A stretch of 63,856 nucleotides of DNA, filler included, from Reticulomyxa filosa (taxonomy: Eukaryota; Protista; Foraminifera): assembly GCA_000512085.1 (NCBI GenBank). It is 22 parts of 22 records of this genome, joined end to end, with 100 filler letters (N's around TTAATTAATTAA, not from the genome) between each part and the next. Parts side by side here need not be neighbours in the genome. Positions count along the whole stretch, not along the records: positions 51,270 to 56,932 come from ASPP01001744.1; positions 57,033 to 58,334 come from ASPP01040712.1; positions 58,435 to 61,350 come from ASPP01011847.1; positions 61,451 to 62,716 come from ASPP01001529.1; positions 62,817 to 63,856 come from ASPP01029047.1; 17 more parts are not named here. One strand, 5' to 3'. The position numbers and the translations under genes are program-made. Position 1 is the stretch's first letter. Every line of letters begins with the position of its first letter. Below, piece by piece: positions 53,730 to 63,856 of the stretch. Below the pieces are notes generated by a model. It saw only the letters and a program-made list of their open reading frames with translations, was not told the origin of the DNA and ran no database searches.

Positions 53730-56700
53730 ATGTATTGCTTCTCTTGAAAACTTCTATAACCTTTAATTATGAACAAAGTAGATCATGTCAATTTCAAATT
53801 TTCTTACTTGCATGATAAAGGTGTTGAACATAGACTTAGATTGATTTATTTTTCTTCTTTAAGCAATGGTTTTGAATTGCATACGTTATAATTCTACAAA
53901 ACAAAAAAAAATTTGATTTTTTAAAAAAAGTGTGATTAATGTTTAATTTTTCGGGACCACCCCATATATATTTATATTTAAAAAAATGAAATTTATTACT
54001 ATTCTAGAAAAAGCTATTGCTGGAGCCAATAGAATTTTATTTGATGTGTTTATTTTTTATATTTTTTTCGATTGACGTATATAGAAACGAAATGAACGTA
54101 CATATCACATATCATTGTCATCTTATATGCATGATACTTTTTATTTTGAAAAAAGAAAAAATAGTTTATATTGAGTTGAGACATAAGACATAACAAATAA
54201 CAAATGAGACAATCATGCAATCTCAAAACCTCAAAAAAATATTAGACCTCAAATTTCTCTTTCCTTTAATGTGTAAAAACACAAACATGTTTTAAGAGAA
54301 TCTACGTCTTTTTGCAAAAATAAATATCCGAAATTGTGTTTGATTTTTAATAAATGTTTGGAAGATATTTTTAAAATATGTAATGTGTTGTTCACTTAGA
54401 AAAAGAAAAAAGTAGTTTAAAAAGGAATGTCCTTTCAGACGAAAGTTTTTTTAATGGATTTTTGGCACACTTGAAAGTAACAAATATATCACCAATGCAC
54501 CACCCATAAAAAGAGATATCAATGATCTTTTTGTTTTTGGTTTTACTGGCTCATTCCTTTCCAACAAAAGATATCATGAAAAACAAGAGATTATGTCTCT
54601 CTGACCAACATTTCATTATTTATTTAACTATCGAAAACAAAATTCAAGAAACATAAAATGAAGTATCTTTGCTCACTGAATTATCTAATTTTTTTTTTGC
54701 AATAATCTTAAACACAACAAATCAAAAACAACAGATCTTTCAACCAGCAAAAAGAAACGCTATAAACTCACACATCATTTATTTTGCTGTTCTTTTAAAA
54801 TTTTCAGCAATTTAAAATATTTTTCTGTGCATATTAAATGCTGATGAGAAATAACAATAAATGTAGGTTTATTTCTTTTATTATTTGGTAAAGACAGATA
54901 TGACAAGGTAAGACAGAGTCGAATTTTTTTGTTTGCAAACCCCTTTAGATTTTCTGTTCTCTTGTGAAGATCAACAAACTAGCTTTCCAAATAAAGTAGT
55001 TTATTCTGCGTTATCCTGAAAGACTAAAAAAAAAAATTTTTAAAAATATCTTCACTTTATTGGAACTCTGATTGTTGTCGCTTTTCTCATCCCCAATTCC
55101 AAGTAAATCTCTACTTGAACATGTTTATTTTCATTAAAAAAAAAAAAAGCAAGATTGAAATAGCGTTATATATATGTATACGTTTTACAAAATTTTATAG
55201 CGTGGATAATGATAGCATGGAACGAACTGAAGAAAAAGAGCGATCCAATTATATGTTTCTGTCGGTTTCTTTGTCACACTCTCTCTCGCTTCGTCCCCAT
55301 TCATTATCACCATATCCGCTTGTGTAATACGATTGTACACACCCTTCTCTTTGTCCAAATGCCTTTCATTTTGTTTTTTTTTGAAAGAAAATCCCTCTTT
55401 TTTTTTTAAATTAAAAAATAAAAATCAAAGACAAAACTCGTCTCAATGATTCGATGACTAAGATATCTTCCATTTCTTATTCAAAAACATTAGGTCAGCG
55501 CACAAACAGATAAAACAAATATGTCGTCTGGATAGGCCAAATGAAAGTACTTATCCAATGTCCTCAGATACTTCCAGGTACTACCACTTTTATTGTTTGT
55601 GGCTTTGGTTGAATGTATTCCATTACTCTCAGTTCTGCCAAAGTCGTTCTTTTTTTTTTTTTTGCTAACGAAACACAGCCGTTCCAAACAAATCCGAACA
55701 AAATGTTCTCTTTGAAGGGGTCAAGATATTCCATTTGGCCGATGAATTGGCCACAAAAGAAGAGAATAGAGATTTTGATAACATCATAAAAATGTATTAA
55801 GCACAAGAGTTTTTTTGTAAAAACAAAAATTTTAATATGTGTCTTTTACATGTTAATCTTTTGAAAATAATTTAAAACAGCAAAAATACTATTGTATTGG
55901 ACTCTATTAACGAGATTGGATGTTTTTTAATTTGTTCAAACTTTAAAACAAAAAGAGCTAATTGTGCCACAACAAGAAAAACAACGTCCAAGAGTTTTTT
56001 CCGTCTTCTTGATTTCTCCCTCTAACGTTATCCCTTTTCATATAGAATAATTTTCAATTGATTGGCAACTCTACCAGGTCCCTGAATTCTTCTTCGAAAC
56101 ATGCTATCCTCTCTTCGTGGTCTCTCTTGTTTGTCTCTGGCAAAGTTACAATCTCTAACAACTTCTCCAAGATATGCATGTGACGTGATATTGCAATGAA
56201 TGAAATGTGCAAATGGTCCTTCAATTTACGTCCAATGAAAAATGACAAGTTCAAATTACAATTCAACAATGACAGTAAGGAGCTTTAACATGGTATTCAA
56301 GCACGCAAGACTTGTGCATTTCGATGAGTCAATAAATGTGGAAACGAAGATATGGAAATGTATATCAAAGAGAAATGAATGGGATGCCATCAAACAAAAG
56401 AAGTAACTCTCATACAATGTGCATTCACTATAATCTATTGGCATTTTAAATTATTGGCGCTAATTTTTTTTTTTTTTTGACTAGCATTACATTCAGAGAT
56501 AGTTGGACCTGAAAATCCTTCATCCCTTTTGTTTATGCATGCAAGCACATATAGTTATTAAATACGTTGCGCATGCAATTTATTTGTACATGTTCGATAT
56601 ACTTTTTTTAAGGTATGCTAAGAACATGTGTTTGTACAAATGAAACCATAAATATGTGCATTATGGTTGGCCCACATATTTAGTATAATCAAATCCTGGA

Positions 56701-56745
56701 GAAAAGATGACATGTGATTTTTTTTGGAGTGATAACTGCGCGTCT

Positions 56746-56781
<36 letters not shown>

Positions 56782-56845
56782 AGCAACGAATTTGAAGATA
56801 GAATAATACCGAAGGTGATAGATAGAGTCATCATTAATAATAATA

Positions 56846-56900
56846 ATTAATTTAATTTAATTTAATTTAATTTAATTTAATTTAATTTAATTTAATTAAT
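56846..56900. repeat. (TTAAT)n microsatellite
   Basis: About 10 direct units. Confidence 0.9.
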
Positions 56901-58464
56901 AAAATTAAAAATAATAAATTAAAAAAAAATAANNNNNNNNNNNNNNNNNNNNNNNNNNNNNNNNNNNNNNNNNNNNTTAATTAATTAANNNNNNNNNNNN
57001 NNNNNNNNNNNNNNNNNNNNNNNNNNNNNNNNGAAAAAGAAAATAGAAAAATAATAGAAAAGAAAGAAAAAAAGAAAATAGGAAATAGTAAAAAAAAAGG
57101 CAGGAAAAAAAAAGAAGAAAAAAAATGAAAAAAAAAAGAAGTAAAAATGAAAAAAAAAAGTAAAAAAGAATGAAAAAAGAAAAAAAGAGATAATGTTTAT
57201 ACTTTTATTTTTTAAATTTTTTTGTTGAGAATTGTTGTTTCGTGCGAGTGCAACAACAACAGTTAAGTATTTTTTTTGTTTGTTCGTTTATTTATTTAAA
57301 AAATTGATAACATCTTATAATATTTTAGAATTGGCATTTGGATTAGATCATTCCCATAATCAAACGCGAACTAAAAGATTTGATGAAGATATAAAGTGGC
57401 TGATTGTAAGAAGCAAGCATTGCACTCGATTCAGCGGTACGATAAAATGAACATCGCACAATTTCATTATTATTCAACTCAGCTGCTGTATCATTATCTC
57501 CACTTTATTTGTTGGGTAACGCATTGAACATATCGGTATATATGAATATAATCTGAAAGTGAAGTCAGCTAAAAAAAAAAACACACATCCACAAGTGACA
57601 ATAGTCGTACCTTCCAGCTCAATTGATAAAAATGTACCGGAATAGTCGTTGTTGAACAAGGTGGCACTTTGAACTCGAAGAAGCACTCGACATACTCGAT
57701 ATTTTGCACGCTTAAGAATCGAATGTTGTCTTCAAGATACCATCGAAACATGCAGCCACAAGCCTACGTTTTCAATATCGTTATCAAAAGGAACGCTGGC
57801 GTAATTGAAAGATAAACAAGTCGAAGTGCATTATAACCAAATAGTTATCTTTCTTTTTTTCCCAATAATCTCCAATTAATGTGTAATTTCTGTACATTTA
57901 GATATTTGACATAAAAAAAATACATCCAAGTGAATGTGTTCGAATTATTTAATTAATTTGGGCATAGCATAGTACGTATCCGTCGCTGACCATATTTGGT
58001 CGAATTGAAAGCATTTGAAACTTTACTCAGTTGCAAATGATATTGGCACTCCGATAATAGTATGCTCTATTATCGTCTCTTCAAGTCGCATTTGAATATC
58101 AATCAAATACCGAGCATGCCCAGTCAATTTGTGAACACTGCTTCCAATTTATTAATGTCGAGTTAGTGCTTCATTCGTCTGTGAATCTGTGGCGAGTACA
58201 TGCGCATTTAGTGACGTCCAGAAAAAACGAACATCCGGATCTCGCTCAATAATCTTGGAATGGCGAGTGACCACAGGATTGACAAAGGCAACGTTCTCTA
58301 TTTCAAGGTATATATTATGTGTATAATATTTTCANNNNNNNNNNNNNNNNNNNNNNNNNNNNNNNNNNNNNNNNNNNNTTAATTAATTAANNNNNNNNNN
58401 NNNNNNNNNNNNNNNNNNNNNNNNNNNNNNNNNNTTTTTTTTTTTTTTTTAAAAAAAAAAAAAA

Positions 58465-59242
58465 GTGGAGGTAGATAAAAGTTTAGAGTCAACGTAAAAC
58501 ATTGGTTGTTTGTAATGTGCTTGCCACCAGTATTTGTTGGAGTTGAAAAATTATTTTTCGTTTATGGCCATCACCGCTGCGCTGGCCTCTCCAGAAATTA
58601 AAAAATTGAATTATGCTTGGATGGTATATCTCTTCATTCTTAAAAAAAATAATAATAATTTATTTTTAAAAAAAAAATCACCTTCCCCCTCCCCCCCCCT
58701 TTTTTTTTTTGTAATTTTGATTACAATAGAAAGTTGATGCCGGCCACATAGACGCGTTGACGAAACTAATGCAAGTGTCAACCGCTCTCAAAGCGAAAAA
58801 TAAGATAGAACAACTGCAACCACCTGGGATCCCATGTGTGGAAATGATGACCGAAGGCTTGCCTTTGATCGATGGCATGGACGACCGCGATTGTGTTGAC
58901 TTTGAAAAATATAGTCGCTTTTGGGACAAATGCGATGCAATATGCTCCTTTCAACTGTCCAAATATCAACAGCAGCTGGTTCAAAACCCATCTTTGTGCG
59001 CTCTGCTGGAACAAGAAATTTCCACCTCTTCCAAGGTCCCCGAAAAGTTCATTCAGTTGTTGGTGCAACCCGCCGTCGAATTGGACCAACGGCAAACCGC
59101 AAAATCGGACAAAGGTCTTTCCGACAAAGAAGAGTCCGCCAAACTTAAAGTCGCACACCAACAGACAACTGGCGCTGCCAATGCTCGTTCGAGCTTCTTG
59201 TGTTTATTTGACAAGCGTTGTCCTGATCAAAATCATGAATAA
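58465..59242 (+). CDS. RasGEF (CDC25 domain) C-terminus
   Basis: LLELKNYFSFMAITAALASPEIKKLNYAW…PPGIPCV…VDFEK…ICSFQ. Confidence 0.85.
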
Positions 59243-59824
59243 ATTATACGTTTTATTTTATTTTATTTTTTTTTTTTTTGTGGTATTGTCGTTGCTCCCT
59301 AAGAAAAAAAAACAACAAAATTGGAATTTCAGGGGGGGCATTAGAATTAATGGTGACTGTATTTACTCATTGTAGTTTTCAGTGGTTTTTTTTTTTTGCT
59401 ATTGTTACGTTTTTTTCCCCCTTTTTTTAAGTTCTAATGTATTTGCTGTTTTTGCTTCTTCTTGTTCGTTTAAAATTTTTTGCTATCTTAAACAACAATG
59501 AAATTTTTTTTTTCAGATTACCTTTTTCTCGTGCTTGTGTTCGTATTTTAATTTTTTTTCTTTTTATTTTTTCGGTTACTACTTTGAAGATTCCGTGGAT
59601 AGTCTATTGTTCGAAATCGGAAACACTTATTCTATTCGTTGTCTTATTTCACAATATAATCTCAAAAAAAGTAATGCCATTTTTAATAAAGAAATAAAAC
59701 AATAAACATTCCATTACGAGTGATTTTTCTCTTTTAAATGGAATTTCAAAACCCGGCACACCTGACGTCGTCAAAGAAAAAATTTTCGTGCAAAGAATTT
59801 TGCAATTTCAATTTATCATCATTG

Positions 59825-60597
59825 ATGGCAATGTCAAAAGTTGTTTCTTCTGGTGCTTCTAAACTTAAAGCAATAATATGTCCCTCCATGTTGAGCTGTG
59901 ACTTTGCGCAAATGGGAAAAGAAGGCCAACGAATGGTTGATAGTGGTGCAGATTGGCTGCACATGGACGTAATGGACGGACACTTTGTGCCCAATATAAC
60001 CATAGGCGCTCCAATAATCAAATCTTTGCGCAAAGCATTGCCAAATGTCTTTCTAGATTGTCACTTGATGGTGAGTGATCCAATGAAATGGGTCAAAGAT
60101 TTCCAAAGCGCCGGAGCTAGCCAAATCACTTTCCATTTCGAATGTATTGAGGAATGCAAAAATAATTACAGCCACAAAGATATCATCCATCGCATCAACG
60201 AGTGTGGGATGAAGGCTGCGATGGCAATCAAACCAAAGACACCCCTTCAAGAAAAAAATGAGAATAGCAAAGGATTAAACGCGTTGAAAGTGATCGAGGA
60301 AAATATTGAACATTTAAATATGATCTTGATAATGACAGTGGAACCAGGTTTTGGTGGTCAGAATTTTATGGAAGATATGATGCCCAAAGTGAAGTTATTA
60401 CGACAAAAATTCCCACATCTAAACATTCAAGTTGATGGTGGTGTTAACGTGGAGACTATTGATACGTGCTCGAAGGCAGGAGCTAATGTCATTGTCAGCG
60501 GAAGTGGTGTATTTCAATATATGAAGATAAAACTTCTAATCCAAAAGCGGCGATCACTATTTTAAGAAAATCAGTCGAAAGCCACCTGGGGCTGTAA
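59825..60597 (+). CDS. RPE: Ribulose-phosphate 3-epimerase, intronless, with a 2-nt frameshift near 60520
   Basis: ICPSMLSCDF, LHMDVMDGHFVPNITIG, DCHLMV, MTVEPGFGGQ, QVDGG, GANVIVSGS. The typical C-terminus NPKAAITILRKSVE lies in another frame ending at 60597. Confidence 0.95.
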
Positions 60598-61304
60598 AAA
60601 CACTTTTTTAAATCTTGTCTGAATGTGAATGAGGCTAGAAAAAAAAAAACTTTTCTCAAAAATAATAATAAGTTTTGTGTTAACTTATTGAATCATAACA
60701 TAGTTTCTCGATTTGATATTTTGAAAGGTGGCACATATTTTTTGAACAACATAGCAATAAAAATTAAAAGTTTAGATTCATCTTAAAATTGTAAATCCAA
60801 AAAAGTTTAATGCATTTTGGCGATCAACACTAAAACTATCTGAAACGTTAGTAAAATTTGTGTTCTTTTTATTTTTTACGCAATTTTTTAATGGAAGACA
60901 AGTTTTGCAAGCACACCGCATAAATATGAAAAGACAAATTAACTCGGTTTTAGATTATCAATATAAAAAGCGTAATATATGAACAATTATTTTTGATTAT
61001 GTATAAGTTTGAATGTATATTTATATCAAAAAAAAGTTGCCATAATGAGATATATATTCATAAACGTTTTAATATATAATACATATATAATATATTAGAT
61101 TAAATTGGACCATAGTTCAACGATGGTTTAGTTGAGTATATGATTATATATTATAAATAACGTTTGGCCGGCCAAAGTCAGAGTGTGAATATGTCAGTAT
61201 TCGACTACTGCAACAATTATTTTTTTTATTCGAAAAGCTTAAAATTATTTTTTTATCTTAAAAAATAAACATTTTACAATTGACATGGAAATACAATATA
61301 GAAT

Positions 61305-61350
61305 ACTACATTATGTTGCAAAGAAAACTGAACGCATAAAACATATCTTA
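61305..61350. mobile_element. Tc1-like terminus, opposite orientation
   Basis: GTTGCAAAGAAAACTGAACGCATAAAAC is the reverse complement of about 21043-21070. Confidence 0.75.
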
Positions 61351-63856
61351 NNNNNNNNNNNNNNNNNNNNNNNNNNNNNNNNNNNNNNNNNNNNTTAATT
61401 AATTAANNNNNNNNNNNNNNNNNNNNNNNNNNNNNNNNNNNNNNNNNNNNCCGGTTGATATCACAAAGCCTCCAAGTTCCATAAAAACCCAGTACCTCAC
61501 AATTTTAAGGGAGAACAGCGTGGATTTTGTTCCAACTGGCTATCTTTTTGTTAAATTTGCATATTTTTAGAATCATTGAAGTTATGAGCAAGTTGACTCA
61601 GTTGCTGATCATTAACAATGTCCTGAAATTTCCAGAAAATGTATATGCAAATACTTTTCTGGTAACTTAATTACTGCTGTCGCTGATTTGAGTTCTTTGG
61701 ATTTGATATGTGTGACGACAATCGTTGGGATGTTGAAACACATAAACTGCCGTTGCACTTTCATATTCCAGAAACAATAAATCCAAAATAACGTAATATG
61801 GATATCGACACGAATGGTACAAGATGGATTGCTATAAAATGAAAGCAGACAGACAGTAGATTAACAGATAATGTTATAACACCATGCATACTGGCATTTG
61901 ATAATTCACTAGCGGCAGACATGTTCGAAAGTGTAGTTAACATGTCTGCCTTACCATTAGATCGGATGCTTGATCCAATTCATGTGGGGACATGGCTTGC
62001 AGTAAAGCCGATTGGGATAAAAACACCTTGCATCAACGCCTTCACAAGCCTTGTTATCAGTGAGTGAGTTTCGCCCGAGGTTCAGTAGAAGTTACCGACC
62101 TTCGGAGTTCTGCCAAACACAAAAGACTGCCTCGAGAATGCCAATTTCCCGAAAGCGTCGAACACTCTTAAGGCTAAACAACCCTCTCACACAAGTCGCC
62201 CGTTGCTAGCAAAAGAGTTACTATATCAGTTAACTGAGGACAAGATACGCGGTAAGTTTAAAAGCACTTCCACAGTCACACGATGCTGACGACGAAACCC
62301 CAAAAAATGGACTGCAACAAAAAACGTTGCCAAAGGGTAACAAAAAGTTTAAGTCACACTCCAGCAACAATCTCACAAAATCCAACACTGTAAAAAAAAT
62401 TTTTACTAGTTAAAAATTTTCTAGTCAGAATTTTCTTTGTTTCTTTCTTGGTCCGGAATTTTCTTGAACCTAGACGACCTTACTTTACTTTTAAAATCTC
62501 CTTCAAAACTTAAGAGATGTCGAAGTATCTTGACAATTCCAACTGCGATCTCTTTCAAAATCTACTTTTTAAGAAAAGTTAATGTTAATGATGAAGGGGG
62601 TAAATATTAATTTTTTTTTTCCACATGTTGGAGAAAGTGATCTCTTCCTCTTTCTTTTTCTCATCCACTTCAGGTCGCACAGCGATTTGTACTTGCATTT
62701 GAGAAGATTGTTCATTNNNNNNNNNNNNNNNNNNNNNNNNNNNNNNNNNNNNNNNNNNNNTTAATTAATTAANNNNNNNNNNNNNNNNNNNNNNNNNNNN
62801 NNNNNNNNNNNNNNNNTGTTTTGATTACTCATGCTGTTAATGTTTCTGAACTATGAAGAAGTTTAAAAAAAGGGATTTAATTTTATTTTTAAAAATGAGT
62901 TGTACAGTTGGCAAATCACTTTTAAATAAAAATCTAAATTAAAATTAAGGTTGTGATGCAATAAGCTCAAATAATTTCATTAATGTTTTTTAAATATCTA
63001 TTTGTTATAAAATAAAGAATTGGAGTAGAATTTTTTTGGTTCTTCAAATATAAAAAAATTCTATGTCACACTCCAGTTTTTTGTAAATCCCTTTTTCAGC
63101 GAAATTAATTTCGGACACATTATTATGTAGCATGTACAATGCTGAACTGTCAATTTTTTTATTTTTTCGTCGTGTGAAAATCAACGAATCTGAGCTATCT
63201 TAAAAGTTGATCAACTCAGAATAAGTTCCATAAAAACACACTTTTACAATAAAAACAACTGTCTAACAAATGAACAAAGTAATACATATTGAAATTATAA
63301 CTCAAGCTTAAAAAGACCATATTTACTACATTTTTTTGCTTTTGTTTTTCTATTAATACATTTATTCTTTCACAAAGAAATTATTTGTAATTTACGCTTC
63401 AGTATTTGAGTTTGGCTTTGTCTCTTCTCTTAAAATAAAGTTCTGTTTTTTTTTCTTTCCCTGCCTCAACAGTCAATTCCGTTTCTTTTTTCTTCAGCAC
63501 AACGAATAATTAATCTTTTACGTCGTAATTTTGTTTAGCAAGAAAGAAATAAATAATCCAAAGAAATTCAACGGCTTATGAAAAACAGTAAATAAACATT
63601 TTTTAGCGATGGAATAACCAACAAATCTGCAAATCATTATTCATCTAATGAAACAAGATTTGAAGAAATGACTTTTAAAATAATTTCAAAATTATGAGTA
63701 TTTGTTGAAAATAAAAACATTCAATCATTTCCAAGTGGATTGTCAATTTTTCGTATCAAATATTCGTTCTAAAAAAAAGGGATTGTCAGAGGACTTAAAG
63801 AGGAAAAGTACGTCTGACATGTCTGCTCAACTCAACAACATCTTTCAAACTTTGCC

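Noticed and set aside
56846-56932. (TTAAT)n as a telomere
   Set aside because: No G-rich strand; consistent with an ordinary AT microsatellite at a contig break.
55400-58334. Short ORFs and coding-like fragments
   Set aside because: No consistent spliced frame or recognisable motif; probably decayed genes.
62281-62320. CTGACGA-C-GAAA as a minimal hammerhead ribozyme
   Set aside because: No stem II, no UH cleavage triplet after stem III and no convincing stem I.

Overview
This is not one locus. It is 22 short contigs joined by 21 artificial 100-bp linkers (44 N + TTAATTAATTAA + 44 N), so adjacency across a linker means nothing. Twenty-one contigs are AT-rich, intron-containing eukaryotic DNA. 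The WD40 family, the divergent alpha-tubulin and the HEAT and PUB-like repeat families point to a foraminiferan, probably Reticulomyxa filosa (inference). One contig (2227-3228) is GC-rich alphaproteobacterial DNA carrying fdxA-carD. Recognisable eukaryotic genes: TFIIA large subunit, a cytidine-deaminase-fold protein, an S4/pseudouridine-synthase-like protein lacking the catalytic Asp, an RNF213-like C-terminus, a WD40 gene plus a pseudogene, TBCD, an ARM protein, a divergent RPA1, an EF-hand/3xSAM protein, eIF1A, an SH3-PRMT, a RasGEF and RPE. There are also Tc1/mariner and LINE relics and an alpha-tubulin pseudogene. Most notable: (1) introns whose acceptors carry poly(A)/purine tracts, often with a complementary poly(T)/pyrimidine tract upstream; (2) a PRMT2-like SH3-PRMT outside animals; (3) a RelA/SpoT-like nucleotidyltransferase motif set; (4) a stand-alone AIMP1/ArgRS-like zipper protein head-to-head with the pseudo-PUS gene; (5) a dispersed repeat with a conserved GTAATACGAAA loop. 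All homology calls are from motif recognition by eye; no searches were run.
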